Part shown: positions 9,762 through 19,537 of the stretch, one piece after another
Layout: every line of letters starts with the position of its first letter
Numbering within the stretch: position 1 is the first letter of the stretch
DNA from: Chloroflexota bacterium
Lineage (GTDB): Bacteria; Chloroflexota; Dehalococcoidia; SM23-28-2; HRBIN24
Assembly (NCBI GenBank): GCA_030550295.1
Contig: JAUQPQ010000001.1
Location: forward strand, 2,162-66,161
Length of the DNA: 64,000 bases
Direction: 5' to 3'
Program-made: the position numbers and the translations under genes
The notes under the pieces: model-generated
Databases searched by the model: none
Seen by the model: only the letters and a program-made list of their open reading frames with translations
Told to the model about the DNA's origin: nothing

Positions 9762-10757
9762 CTACCGTCGCGTGGCAGAGCGGCGTAGCTCTCGCAGGCG
9801 GCGGTAGAGCTCCCGCTCTTCATCGGTTAAGCGTTCGGGGATGCGGAGCCTAACGGTGACGTACAGGTCTCCGTAACCTCCCCCTTCTAGTCTGGGCATG
9901 CCTAAGCCTTCCAGGCGGAAGGTGGTGCCGTTCTGGGTGAGGGGCGGGACTTTGAGGAGGATCTGGCGTCCCGATAAGGTGGTGACCTGTACCTCCCCCC
10001 CTAGGACCGCTTCTTCCACAGGGACGTCCACCTGGGTGTAAAGGTCGTCCCCCTCTCTACGGAACCTCAGGTGGGGGCGAATGTGTACCACCAGGTATAA
10101 GTCGCCCTTGGGCCCACCCATGGGGCCAGGCCTCCCCTCGCCCGCTATACGCACCCGGGAGCCATCCCTCACCCCTGGCGGTATGCGCACCTCTAGGCGC
10201 TTGGGGTGGCTTATGATCCCTAGACCTCGACATGCCGAGCAGATGGCGCCCAAGGCCCTAGCCCTGCCCCGACAGACAGGACACGCCTCCTCGCCACTTA
10301 CCTGTATGGTGCGGACGGTGCCGGAGTAGGCCTCTTCTAGCGTCAGCTCCACCTCCTGCTCTACGTTCTGGCCCCTAGAGAAACCACGGCGGCCGCCAAA
10401 GAAGACATCAAAGATGTCGTCAAAGATGGAGCCCCTAAGGAAGTCTCCTAGATCGCCCAAGATGTCCCCTGACCGCCAATTGAAGGGACCAGTCCACCCT
10501 CCGGCCTCCTCTTGGGCCTTCCGAAAGGCGGCCATCTGCTCCCAGTTCTCCCCGTAGAGGTCGTAAAGCCGCCGCTTCTCCGGATCAGAGAGCACTTCGT
10601 AGGCCTTGTTGATCTCCTTGAAGCGCTCCTCCGCCTCCCTGTTGCCAGGGTTCAGGTCAGGATGGTACTGCCGAGCTAAACGACGATAGGCCCTCTTGAT
10701 CTCCTTCTCCGACGCCCCCCTAGGCACGCCCAATATCTCATAGTAGTCGCGCCCCAT
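9762..10757 (-). CDS. dnaJ: DnaJ-family molecular chaperone (J-domain, partial Cys-rich zinc-finger region)
   Basis: The J-domain reads [34 protein letters not shown], with the HPD motif. It has CPVCRGRA...CSACRGLG repeats and the C-terminal peptide-binding domains. Confidence 0.8.
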   Translation of the reverse strand: MGRDYYEILGVPRGASEKEIKRAYRRLARQYHPDLNPGNREAEERFKEINKAYEVLSDPEKRRLYDLYGENWEQMAAFRKAQEEAGGWTGPFNWRSGDILGDLGDFLRGSIFDDIFDVFFGGRRGFSRGQNVEQEVELTLEEAYSGTVRTIQVSGEEACPVCRGRARALGAICSACRGLGIISHPKRLEVRIPPGVRDGSRVRIAGEGRPGPMGGPKGDLYLVVHIRPHLRFRREGDDLYTQVDVPVEEAVLGGEVQVTTLSGRQILLKVPPLTQNGTTFRLEGLGMPRLEGGGYGDLYVTVRLRIPERLTDEERELYRRLRELRRSATRR

Positions 10758-10841
10758 GACTACCCCCTCTATATCCTAACCCCTCCCCTTGTTCTTTGTC
10801 AATGACCTTTCAGAAAGCTTGATAATCTTTTTGTCACCATC

Positions 10842-10870
10842 TTGACAGCTATCGTTTTATGGGGTATATA
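10842..10870 (+). promoter_or_regulatory. sigma70-type promoter TTGACA-N17-TATATA for hsp20, overlapped by inverted repeat TTGTCAccatctTGACA
   Basis: Read directly from the sequence: TTGACA at 10842-10847 and TATATA at 10865-10870, separated by a 17-nt spacer. It lies about 55 nt upstream of the hsp20 ATG, in the dnaJ/hsp20 divergent region. Confidence 0.6.
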
Positions 10871-10925
10871 AGGTGGTAGAGGCGGGCCGGCTCGCTGAAT
10901 AACGGAGGCAGGAGGTGAGGTGAAG

Positions 10926-11366
10926 ATGACTCTGGTGCGTTGGGACCCTTGGGAGGAGTTCCGATCCATAAGGCGGGCCATGGATCGGCTGTGGGACGAG
11001 CTGGTGGGGCGCCGTGAGCCGGCGGTGGTGGAGGAGGCCTTTACCTTCCCCGTGGACATATACGAGACGGATGACTCCTTGGTGGTGAAGGCTGTTCTGC
11101 CTGGCCTGCGCCCTGAGGACGTGGAGATAAGCGTCCAGGGTGACCTGCTCACCATCAAGGGCCAGATGAAGAGGGAGGAGAAGGTAGAGCGGGAGAACTA
11201 CCACCGCCGCGAGATCCGGTACGGCTCGTGCATACGCACCCTGACCCTTCCGGTCGCCGTAGATGCCGATAAGTCCGAGGCTGCCTTCGAGAACGGCATC
11301 CTTACGGTGACCTTGCCCAAGGCACCTGAGGCTAGGGCCAAGACCATAAAGGTCAAGGCGCGCTAG
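10926..11366 (+). CDS. Hsp20/alpha-crystallin family small heat shock protein
   Basis: The alpha-crystallin domain is recognisable (FPVDIYETDDSLVVKAVLPGLRPEDVEISVQGDLLTIKG...ENGILTVTLPK). A GGAGGTGA RBS lies upstream of the ATG. Confidence 0.85.
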   Translation: MTLVRWDPWEEFRSIRRAMDRLWDELVGRREPAVVEEAFTFPVDIYETDDSLVVKAVLPGLRPEDVEISVQGDLLTIKGQMKREEKVERENYHRREIRYGSCIRTLTLPVAVDADKSEAAFENGILTVTLPKAPEARAKTIKVKAR

Positions 11367-11374
11367 TCCAAAGG

Positions 11375-11406
11375 TTGGGGGGGCAGGGATGAGCCTGCCC
11401 CCCCAA
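11375..11406. terminator. bidirectional rho-independent-type hairpin between convergent hsp20 and acyl-CoA dehydrogenase genes
   Basis: A perfect 13-bp inverted repeat TTGGGGGGGCAGG / CCTGCCCCCCCAA flanks a 6-nt loop GATGAG. Confidence 0.55.
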
Positions 11407-11411
11407 CTCCA

Positions 11412-12590
11412 TTACCCCCTTGGCAGCCCCAGTCCACGTGTGGCGATGACGTTGCGCTGCACCTCTGACGTGCCTCCGCCGATGGTCTCGGCCACGCTGG
11501 TAAGGTAGTAGCGTTCGATACGCCCCTTCAACCTGGTCCAAGGGCTCCGGGAATGGAGCTGGCCGTAGAGACCCAGCAGCTGCATCCCCGTGCGGGCAAG
11601 CCTCTGTCCTAGCTCTGAAGAGTACAGCTTGGCGATGGATGCCTCGTAGTTGGGGATCTTTCCTGCCTGCTGGAGGGATGCCACCCGGTAGGAGAGATAC
11701 TTTCCCACCTCAATCTCCACCCCTATCTCGGCTAGACGGAGGCGGACCTGGGGCCGGTTAGATGTGAGCCATCTTTCTTGGCGGGCGAAGCCGATCAGGT
11801 CCTCCCATAGGCGCTGGCTCCTAGCCACCCCAGATATGGACGAGCGCTCAAAGTCCAGGGCCACAGCTACCTGGTACCACCCCCGGTTCACCTCTCCCAC
11901 AAGGTAATCCTTGGGGATACGTACGTTATCAAAGAAGACCTGGTTAAAGCCGTGCTGGCCTGCCATGTTGATGAGGGGCTGGACGGTGATACCGGGGGCC
12001 TTCATAGGCACCAGAAAGACGCTGATCCCCTTATGCTTGGGGGCGTCGGGGTCGGTACGGGCAGCCAGATAGCCCCAGTCGGCCCGGTGGGCGTAGGTGG
12101 TCCATATCTTCTGGCCGTTGATGACCCACTCGTCCCCTTCTAGCACTGCCCTGGTCTGGAGGGAGGCCAGGTCAGAGCCGGCCCCTGGCTCCGAGTAGAG
12201 GGTGCACCATATCTCCTCGCCGGAGGCTATGGCCGGAAGGAACCTTTGCTTCTGCCAATCGGTCCCGTAGATCATGAGGGCTGGCCCTACCCAGGCTACC
12301 CCCATATTGAAGGCCAAGGGGGCGCGGTTATAGGCCATCTCCTCATTGAAGATCACCTGGTGCATTATGGGGGCGCCCATCCCTCCGTACTCGGGGGGCC
12401 AGGCCAAGGCCAGCCAACGCCTCTTGGCAAGCTTCCGCTGGAACTGGAGGGCGAAATCCCACTGGGCGTCTGATCCCTCGGCTGTCTCTACATCGAACAT
12501 CTCTTCCCAGTTGGGGGGGAGCTCCTTTCGGAGGAACTCCCTTATCTCATCTCGGAAGGCCTCTTCCTCGGGTGTGAAGCGGAAGTCCAT
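11412..12590 (-). CDS. acyl-CoA dehydrogenase family protein
   Basis: The 392-aa protein has ACAD motifs (YSEPGAGSD, GQKIWTT, GGGTSEVQRNVIA) at the usual positions. Confidence 0.85.
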   Translation of the reverse strand: MDFRFTPEEEAFRDEIREFLRKELPPNWEEMFDVETAEGSDAQWDFALQFQRKLAKRRWLALAWPPEYGGMGAPIMHQVIFNEEMAYNRAPLAFNMGVAWVGPALMIYGTDWQKQRFLPAIASGEEIWCTLYSEPGAGSDLASLQTRAVLEGDEWVINGQKIWTTYAHRADWGYLAARTDPDAPKHKGISVFLVPMKAPGITVQPLINMAGQHGFNQVFFDNVRIPKDYLVGEVNRGWYQVAVALDFERSSISGVARSQRLWEDLIGFARQERWLTSNRPQVRLRLAEIGVEIEVGKYLSYRVASLQQAGKIPNYEASIAKLYSSELGQRLARTGMQLLGLYGQLHSRSPWTRLKGRIERYYLTSVAETIGGGTSEVQRNVIATRGLGLPRG

Positions 12591-12602
12591 ATTATCACCT
12601 CC

Positions 12603-13382
12603 TTATGGTTTGGTGCGCTCTATGACGCGCTGGGCTACCAACCGGAACGTCTGGAAGTCCTGGGCCCCTACCAGGGCGAAACCTGTATCGCCAAAGAGGA
12701 AGGTGGGCACACCGGCGATGCCCTGGGCCTGGGCCCAGGCTATCTTCTCTTCCACAACGTGGTGATACCGTCCTTGAGAGAGGGCCTCGTCCAGCTCCCT
12801 ACCATCCAGCCCTAGGCGGTGAGCGATGGTGACCAGGACCTGGGCTTCGCCTATGTCTTCGCCTCGGGCCCAGTAGGCCTCGTAAAGGGCCCGATGCATC
12901 TCCCATCCTCGCCCCTTTTCCAGGGCGAACTGGACGGCCTCATGGGCCAGATGGGTATTAGGTACCCGCAGAGGGACTTGGAAGGTGAGGCCATCGGAGG
13001 CGGCTTCATCTTGAAGGCGGCGTAAATACGCTTCTGGGTAGTGGCGGCCTAAGGCTACCTCTCTGGGAAGCCCCTCCTTGGGAAGATAGGGTAGGAGCTC
13101 GTAGGGCCAAGGCTCCAGTTGGATGGCCAACTCCTGGGCTATACGGTAAGCGCGAGCGGAGCCGATGTAACACCAGGGACAAATATAGTCGGCCACCACC
13201 CTGAGCTTTATAGTGGCCCTGCTAGGGGCAGGGGGTGGTTGACCCTCTTTACGGCCAAGGGGCACAGGGGTCCAGGATCTGCCTGCCTCTACGCCCAGCA
13301 GCCTCTCTGGGTCTCCTTCGCCGAAGCCCACCGACCAAGAGTCCACGCCCGCATTATAACTGCTGACGCGAGGTGGGGCCAC
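12603..13382 (-). CDS. DsbA-family (FrnE-like) thiol-disulfide oxidoreductase; true start probably internal/non-canonical
   Basis: The DsbA_FrnE-like core starts at IKLRVVADYICPWCYIG. The first about 55 aa of the ORF are low-complexity, and I found no canonical start codon nearer the core. Confidence 0.6.
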   Translation of the reverse strand: MAPPRVSSYNAGVDSWSVGFGEGDPERLLGVEAGRSWTPVPLGRKEGQPPPAPSRATIKLRVVADYICPWCYIGSARAYRIAQELAIQLEPWPYELLPYLPKEGLPREVALGRHYPEAYLRRLQDEAASDGLTFQVPLRVPNTHLAHEAVQFALEKGRGWEMHRALYEAYWARGEDIGEAQVLVTIAHRLGLDGRELDEALSQGRYHHVVEEKIAWAQAQGIAGVPTFLFGDTGFALVGAQDFQTFRLVAQRVIERTKP

Positions 13383-13451
13383 GTTCTGGAAGTGATATTG
13401 TTTTAGACAGTGATGGGTGTTATAATCCTGCAGGACTAAAGGCAGAAGGCG

Positions 13452-14336
13452 ATGCGGCCTTTTTCTTACTTTATCCCTGCCAGCCTGCAGGAAGCCTTAG
13501 CCATTTTCCAGCGCGAAGGTGAAGGGGGCAGGCCCATTGCTGGTGGCACCGACTTGGTAGTCCAGCTGAAAGAGGGAGGGCACAAGTTCCCTTATCCTCG
13601 CTATCTGGTGTCGGTGCGGCGCCTCCCTGAGCTGCGTCGCCTAGAGTGGGTAGAGGGAGAAGGGCTGCGCTTGGGGGCGGCGGTTACGATGGCCGAGATA
13701 GAGGCTAGCCCCATCGTCAGGGAGCGCTACCTAGCTCTGGCCGAGGGGGCAAGGGTGGTAGGCTCCCGTCAAACGGCTAACATGGCCACTGTTGGGGGAA
13801 ACCTTTGCAATGCAGCCCCCTCGGCAGATACTGCGCCCCCTTTGTTGGTGTTGGGGGCAAAGGCGCGCATCCTAGGGCCCAGGGGGGAGCGGTTGTTACC
13901 CCTGGAGGAGTTCTTTCTAGGGCCGGGACGCACGGTCCTGGAGCATGGGGAGGTGCTGGTAGAGGTATTATTGCCTCCTCCCCTCCCCCGTTCTGCATCG
14001 GCCTATCGTAGGCATACACCTAGGCAATGTATGGACATTGCCGTAGTTGGAGTAGCGGCCTTTCTGGCCCTAGATGAGGCAGGCGAGAAGATCGCCGAGG
14101 CCCGCATAGCGTTAGGGGCCGTGGCCCCTACCCCCATAAGGGCCCACCGGGCAGAGGCCCTGCTTGTGGGGAGGCCCGCTTCGCCAGAGGTCTTGGGGGA
14201 GGCGGCCCTAATGGCTAGAGAGGAGGCATCTCCCATATCTGATGTGAGGGGCTCCGCTCAGTTCCGTCGCTACCTGGTAGGGGTGATGACAGAGGCGGTA
14301 CTGGAGGAAGCGCTATCCCGTGCCAGGGGGAGATAG
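13452..14336 (+). CDS. xanthine dehydrogenase family FAD-binding subunit (CoxM/XdhB-like)
   Basis: FAD-binding molybdopterin-dehydrogenase motifs are present: AGGTDLVV and SRQTANMATVGGNLCNAAPSADTAPPL. Confidence 0.8.
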   Translation: MRPFSYFIPASLQEALAIFQREGEGGRPIAGGTDLVVQLKEGGHKFPYPRYLVSVRRLPELRRLEWVEGEGLRLGAAVTMAEIEASPIVRERYLALAEGARVVGSRQTANMATVGGNLCNAAPSADTAPPLLVLGAKARILGPRGERLLPLEEFFLGPGRTVLEHGEVLVEVLLPPPLPRSASAYRRHTPRQCMDIAVVGVAAFLALDEAGEKIAEARIALGAVAPTPIRAHRAEALLVGRPASPEVLGEAALMAREEASPISDVRGSAQFRRYLVGVMTEAVLEEALSRARGR

Positions 14337-14339
14337 GCC

Positions 14340-14813
14340 ATGCCAAAACAGCTCATAAGGCTTGTCGTCAATGGCGAAGGGCACGAGGTGGCAGTAGAGC
14401 CGTGGTGGAGCCTCCTACATGTAGTACGTGAGGTTATAGGGCTTACAGGGAGCAAAGAGGGGTGTGGCACAGGCGATTGTGGGGCCTGCTCCATGATTGT
14501 AAATGGCCGCTTAGTCACCTCTTGCATCTTCCTTGCCCTGGAGGCCGACGGTGCGCAAGTGACGACCATCGAGGGTATAGGGGGGGATAAGGGGTTACAT
14601 CCCATCCAGCAAGCCTTCGTTGAGGAGGGGGCTGTCCAGTGCGGCTACTGCATACCGGGGATGATCGTAGCCGCCTATGACCTTTTGCGGCAAAACCCTC
14701 GCCCTACCCTAGAGGAAATACGTTACGCCTTAGCGGGCAATCTCTGCCGGTGCACGGGATATACAAAGATATACCAGGCCGTCCTTCGGGCTGCAGAGAT
14801 GATGGGAGGCTAA
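14340..14813 (+). CDS. (2Fe-2S)-binding small subunit of xanthine dehydrogenase family enzyme
   Basis: The first cluster reads CGTGDCGACS and the second CGYCIPGM...CRCTGY. Confidence 0.85.
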   Translation: MPKQLIRLVVNGEGHEVAVEPWWSLLHVVREVIGLTGSKEGCGTGDCGACSMIVNGRLVTSCIFLALEADGAQVTTIEGIGGDKGLHPIQQAFVEEGAVQCGYCIPGMIVAAYDLLRQNPRPTLEEIRYALAGNLCRCTGYTKIYQAVLRAAEMMGG

Positions 14814-14816
14814 GAA

Positions 14817-17114
14817 ATGGCTGAGGTGGGCGATGTGCGAAAGGCCTTCCGGCATGTGGGGAAGCCTGTTCCTCGCGTAGACGCTCCGGCCAAGGTGACG
14901 GGGCGCACCATCTATGGCGATGACCTAAAGCTCCCACGTATGCTCCATGTCAAACTGGTGCACGCCCCTGTGGCCCATGCCCGCATCAAAGGGATTGATG
15001 CCAGTAAGGCGCTGGCTGTGCCAGGGGTAGAAGCTGTCATCACCGCCCAAGACCTGCCCCCTCACCGCTATGATCCTGATAACCGGACTCGAGTCCTCCT
15101 GGCTAGGGATGAGGTCCTCTTTTACGGCCAGCCTGTAGCTGCCGTCTTGGCCCGGGACCCCTACACCTCTGCCTACGCCCGTGACCTGGTAGAAGTGCAG
15201 TACGAAGAGCTGCCACCCGTCCTAGACCCTCTAGAGGCCCTACGCCCCGATGCCCCCTTGGCTAGGGGTAGCGTCCAGGCCCTTGAAGAGGGGGAGGTGG
15301 GGGGCCACATCACTGTCGAGGGGGCAGAGGCCCGAAAGGAAGAGGGCCCCCGCAACGTCGCCTCCACCATCACCTTCAAGAGGGGGGATGTAGAGCAGGG
15401 GTTCAAGGAGGCGGCGGCAGTAGTGGAGGGGACTTGGCGTACCCCCATGGCTCACCAGTCCTACATCGAGCCCCACGTCATCGTGGCCGACTACGATAGC
15501 ACCGGGCGCCTCTCCATATGGAGTAGCACCCAGGCCCCCTTCCATGTGCGTAACGAGGTGGCCAAGACCTTAGGCCTGCCAGAGACGCGAGTACGCGTTA
15601 TCTCCACAGAAGTAGGGGGAGGCTTTGGGGGCAAGATCTACCTGTATGAAGCCTTGGTAGGTGCCTTGGCCATGACCCTCCAGCGCCCAGTGAAGCTGAC
15701 GATGAGCCGCAAGGAGGACATGCTTGCTGCCACGCCCGCCCCCAACTGCATCGTCCAGCTAAAGATGGGCATGAAGGCCGATGGCACCCTCAGCGCCCTT
15801 AAGGCACGGGTCATCTTCGATACTGGCGCCTTCCCTGGGGCCCCCCTCCTCCCCGGTTGCCTCCTCATTGGCGGCTTCTATAAGTGCCCCAACTTGGAGA
15901 TTGAGGGGCTTGAAGTTTTCACCAACAAGGTGAGCGTAGGTGCCCTGAGGGCGCCTGGGGCCCACAATGTGGCTTTCGCTTTGGAAAGCGCTTTGGACAT
16001 GTTGGCCCGCAGGCTAGAGCTGGACCCCATGGAGGTGCGCCTTAAGAACGCTGTGGAAAAGGGCGACCCTTTGCCCAGCGGGCAGCCCTATCCGGCCATT
16101 GGCCTCAAAGAGTGCCTGGAAGCTGTGGCCAAGAGTCAACTATGGCAACGGCGGCATGAAATTAGGGCCCACCCCAATCGTGGCGTGGGCTTAGCTGTAG
16201 GGGGCTGGCTGGGAGGCCTTCAGCCGGCCTCGGCCACCGTCACCCTCAACGCCGATGGCACTGTAAACGCCCTGGTGGGTGCGGCAGACATCACAGGGAC
16301 TAACACCGCCTTCGCCCAAATTGTCGCTGAGGTCCTCAACCTACCATTAGAGATGGTGCGGGTGACCACCGGCGACACCGATTCCGCCCCTTATGCCGGC
16401 ATGAGCGCTGGCTCCAAGGTAACCTTCACCGTGGGCAGGGCAGTAAAGCTAGCAGCTGAGGACGCTAAAGAGCAGATCTTGCGCATCGCCTCGCAGCGCT
16501 TAGAGGCCCCCCCTGAGGAATTGGAGCTGGTGGATGGGGTGGTACGCGTCCGGGGCAGGGAGGACAAGCAGCTCACCTTCCGAGAACTGGGCCGCTGGAG
16601 TACAGCCTTCGGCGGCAGGTACCCCCCTATTGTAGGGCGGGGAGCAGTAGCGCCCCGGTTACAGGCCCCTAGCTTCAGTGCCCAGGCGGTAGAAGTGGAA
16701 GTGGATCCAAATACGGGCCAAGTGCAGGTGCTCTCGTGGGTGGTGGCCCAGGACGTGGGCTTCGCCATCAACCCCATGGCGGTGGAGGGCCAGATGCAGG
16801 GCGGCTCCACCCAAGGCCTGGGCCTAGCCCTCTTCGAAGAGATGGCCTACGACGAACAAGGGCGACTTTTGAACCCCAACCTCCTGGACTATCGCCTCCC
16901 TACCACGGCCGATGTCCCACCTATAGAGACGATCATCGTGGAAGTGCCCTCTGAGGACGGACCCTATGGGGCCCGCATAGTAGGGGAACCGTCTATCGTC
17001 CCTGGCCCGGCAGCCGTGGCCAACGCTGTGGCCGACGCTATAGGCGCCCGTGTCTTCCAGGCACCCCTCACCCCTGAGAAGATCCTGCACGCCCTGGGGA
17101 AGATAAAAGACTAA
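14817..17114 (+). CDS. xanthine dehydrogenase family molybdopterin-binding large subunit (substrate unknown; not a bona fide CO dehydrogenase)
   Basis: The 765-aa protein has the Mo-enzyme fold. The order FAD subunit, FeS subunit, Mo subunit matches cox M-S-L. However, the active-site loop reads GALRAPGAH rather than the CODH form I AYxCSFR or form II AYRGAGR. Confidence 0.75.
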   Translation: MAEVGDVRKAFRHVGKPVPRVDAPAKVTGRTIYGDDLKLPRMLHVKLVHAPVAHARIKGIDASKALAVPGVEAVITAQDLPPHRYDPDNRTRVLLARDEVLFYGQPVAAVLARDPYTSAYARDLVEVQYEELPPVLDPLEALRPDAPLARGSVQALEEGEVGGHITVEGAEARKEEGPRNVASTITFKRGDVEQGFKEAAAVVEGTWRTPMAHQSYIEPHVIVADYDSTGRLSIWSSTQAPFHVRNEVAKTLGLPETRVRVISTEVGGGFGGKIYLYEALVGALAMTLQRPVKLTMSRKEDMLAATPAPNCIVQLKMGMKADGTLSALKARVIFDTGAFPGAPLLPGCLLIGGFYKCPNLEIEGLEVFTNKVSVGALRAPGAHNVAFALESALDMLARRLELDPMEVRLKNAVEKGDPLPSGQPYPAIGLKECLEAVAKSQLWQRRHEIRAHPNRGVGLAVGGWLGGLQPASATVTLNADGTVNALVGAADITGTNTAFAQIVAEVLNLPLEMVRVTTGDTDSAPYAGMSAGSKVTFTVGRAVKLAAEDAKEQILRIASQRLEAPPEELELVDGVVRVRGREDKQLTFRELGRWSTAFGGRYPPIVGRGAVAPRLQAPSFSAQAVEVEVDPNTGQVQVLSWVVAQDVGFAINPMAVEGQMQGGSTQGLGLALFEEMAYDEQGRLLNPNLLDYRLPTTADVPPIETIIVEVPSEDGPYGARIVGEPSIVPGPAAVANAVADAIGARVFQAPLTPEKILHALGKIKD

Positions 17115-17175
17115 TCGTTCTGTAGACCCTGTTCCCCTTCCCCGCCTCAGAGGTTTACCATAAGTAAGAGCCGGG

Positions 17176-17487
17176 ATGGAGCCTTTTGGCCACTACGAGG
17201 TCCTCTCCCATGTGGAGCTGCCCGAGTGCAGCATTCGCATCGTGCGGGTGCGGCCAGGAGAAGAAGTGGCATCCCACTATCACCGGGAATGCGCCCAGAT
17301 CTATACCGTCCTCGAAGGGGTAGTAGAAGTGCGAATCGGCGAGAGCTCGTATCGCCTTCTTCCCTACGAGACGGTGCGGGTAGAAAAGGGGACAGTCCAC
17401 GGCGTGAACCCACTGCAAGGGCCAGCCCTCCTCTTGAGCATCTCTATCCCTCCCCTCAAACGCGAGGACCATCACCCCGCACCCTAA
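17176..17487 (+). CDS. cupin domain protein
   Basis: The 103-aa protein has the cupin motifs [16 protein letters not shown] and EKGTVHG. Confidence 0.6.
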   Translation: MEPFGHYEVLSHVELPECSIRIVRVRPGEEVASHYHRECAQIYTVLEGVVEVRIGESSYRLLPYETVRVEKGTVHGVNPLQGPALLLSISIPPLKREDHHPAP

Positions 17488-17641
17488 AACTTGCCCAGCC
17501 TGCCCCCTCCAGGATAAAATCAGACCAGATGTTCGATCATCTTCACTTCTCCACAGGGGGTGGATAAGCTTTGGGAGAGAGCCAGGGCCCTGGGCTTGGG
17601 AGATCTCCTGGGCAGGGGCAAAATCTTTGAGGAGGGCAGAG

Positions 17642-18115
17642 ATGAAGGTGGTATTCCTGGAGGACGTTGAGGGGAAGGCCCAGGTGGGGGAGATAAAGGA
17701 GGTAGCCGATGGCTATGCTCGCAACTATTTGTTCCCCCGCAAGCTGGCTGCCCCTGCTACACCTCATTACATAGCCATCGCCAGGGCTAAGGCTGAGAAG
17801 GAGGCGAGGCGCCAGGCCAAGCTAGATCAGCAGGCACGGGAAAAGCTTATCCCCTTGCTAGAGGGGAAGACGTTCGTTCTGTCCGTGCGGGTAGGGGAGC
17901 AGGGCAAGCTCTTTGGCGCGGTCACCGCTTCCCACGTGGCCGAGGCTATTCAGGCAGCTACGGGCATTAGCCTAGATCACCGTCAGGTATCCTTACCGGA
18001 GCCCATAAGGGAGCTGGGGCAGTTCCAGGTCTCCCTGCGTCTGACCCGTAATGTCCATGTGCAGGTCACGGTAGAAGTAGTGCCCATGGAGGCCTCAGGG
18101 GAAAAGGAGGGATAG
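17642..18115 (+). CDS. rplI: 50S ribosomal protein L9
   Basis: The protein begins [36 protein letters not shown]. The conserved rplI-dnaB synteny is present. Confidence 0.85.
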   Translation: MKVVFLEDVEGKAQVGEIKEVADGYARNYLFPRKLAAPATPHYIAIARAKAEKEARRQAKLDQQAREKLIPLLEGKTFVLSVRVGEQGKLFGAVTASHVAEAIQAATGISLDHRQVSLPEPIRELGQFQVSLRLTRNVHVQVTVEVVPMEASGEKEG

Positions 18116-18123
18116 GCATCGCC

Positions 18124-19533
18124 TTGGTAGCTGAGCGTCTTCCCCCTCACGATCTAGAAGCTGAAAGGGCGGTAGTGGCCTCCCTGCTAGTGGACCAGGA
18201 GGCTGTCTACAAGGTAGTCACCCTCCTTCGGCCGGAGGACTTTTTCCGGGACGAGCACCGCTGGATATATGAGGCCTGTCTCGCCTTATGGCAACGGGGC
18301 GAGGCTGTGAACCAAGTGACTGTGGCCCACGAGCTTGCACGTAGAGGGATTCTGGAGCAAGCAGGAGGCCTATCTTACCTCAGCCAGTTGGTGGCCGAAC
18401 TGCCGACACCTCTTTTGGCCGAGGACTACGCCAGGATCGTCCAGAGGGACGCCATCTACAGGCGCCTTTTGCAGGCAGCCCAGGAGATCGCCCAGGACGC
18501 TTATAGGGCTGATGAGCCTGATGTGGGCAAAGTCCTGGCCAGGGCTGAGGCGCGTATCGCTGCCGTCCGTCAGGGCCACGAGGTGCGGGACTTCTCCCTT
18601 CTCCAAGAGGTGCTAGAGGAGTGGCGGCGCGTCCAAGGGGCCCTTCTAGCGCCTGTGGCTGCCGAGGCGAGAGCCATTACCACTGGCTACATGGACCTCG
18701 ATACTCTTTTGCTAGGGGGGCTCAAGCGCTCTGAACTAGTAATCGTGGCTGCCCGCACTGGCCTGGGTAAGACCTCCTTGCTTCTCAACTTTGCCCGCAA
18801 TGCTGCCCTCCGGCAGCGGGCCGTGGTGGCCTTTTTCAGCCTGGAGATGGCAGCTATCCAGGTGGCGCAGCGGCTTTTAGCCATGGAGTCGGGTGTTGAC
18901 TCGGCCCGCATAGGGGCAGGCATACTCTCCCAGCGAGATGAGGCGGCCATCGCTAAGGCGTTAGAACGCCTATCGCAGGCGGCGATATATATTGACGACT
19001 CCCCAGTCCTGACAGTGGCTGAGCTTCGGGCCAAGGCCCGTCGCCTCCAGCTAGAGGCAGGGCTGGACATGGTCATGGTGGACTACCTTCAGCTCTTGCG
19101 GCCTGACCAGCGCATGGAGAACCGGGTGCAAGAGGTCTCCTACGTCTCCCGTTCCCTCAAGGCCCTGGCCCGCGACCTAGACGTGCCGGTGGTAGCGGCT
19201 GCCCAGCTCTCCCGTGCCGCCGATGTGCGTGCCTCCCATATACCCCAGCTTTCTGACCTACGGGAATCGGGCTCCATAGAGCAGGACGCCGACGTTGTCA
19301 TGTTCATCTACAGGGAGGCGGCATATGTGCGGCGAGAGGAGTGGGAGGAGATGCACAAAGACCGGCCGGCCAAAGCCTATCCGGTGGAGGACGCCCAGAT
19401 CATAGTGGCCAAGCACCGCAATGGGCCCACGGCCACCATTCACCTCCGCTTCCGCCAGAAGATCGCCCGTTTCGATGACCTACTAGTGCCAGGGCCTGAT
19501 GCATGGGAGGGGCAGATCGAAGTTGAAGGATAG
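18124..19533 (+). CDS. dnaB: replicative DNA helicase DnaB
   Basis: The 469-aa protein has the N-terminal LEAERAVVASLL, Walker A ARTGLGKTS, Walker B VMVDYLQLL, and the RecA-like SQLSDLRESGSIEQDADVV. Translation apparently starts at TTG, after an AAGGAGGG RBS. Confidence 0.85.
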   Translation: MVAERLPPHDLEAERAVVASLLVDQEAVYKVVTLLRPEDFFRDEHRWIYEACLALWQRGEAVNQVTVAHELARRGILEQAGGLSYLSQLVAELPTPLLAEDYARIVQRDAIYRRLLQAAQEIAQDAYRADEPDVGKVLARAEARIAAVRQGHEVRDFSLLQEVLEEWRRVQGALLAPVAAEARAITTGYMDLDTLLLGGLKRSELVIVAARTGLGKTSLLLNFARNAALRQRAVVAFFSLEMAAIQVAQRLLAMESGVDSARIGAGILSQRDEAAIAKALERLSQAAIYIDDSPVLTVAELRAKARRLQLEAGLDMVMVDYLQLLRPDQRMENRVQEVSYVSRSLKALARDLDVPVVAAAQLSRAADVRASHIPQLSDLRESGSIEQDADVVMFIYREAAYVRREEWEEMHKDRPAKAYPVEDAQIIVAKHRNGPTATIHLRFRQKIARFDDLLVPGPDAWEGQIEVEG

Positions 19534-19537
19534 GACA

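Noticed and set aside
10758-10925. Canonical HAIR (CTTGAGT-N7-ACTCAAG) or CIRCE elements in the heat-shock divergent region.
   Set aside because: Neither consensus is present. Only the variant inverted repeats reported in the findings occur.
13452-17114. Aerobic CO dehydrogenase (coxMSL).
   Set aside because: The gene order fits. However, the large subunit lacks the AYxCSFR and AYRGAGR active-site signatures, and no coxDEFG accessory genes are nearby.
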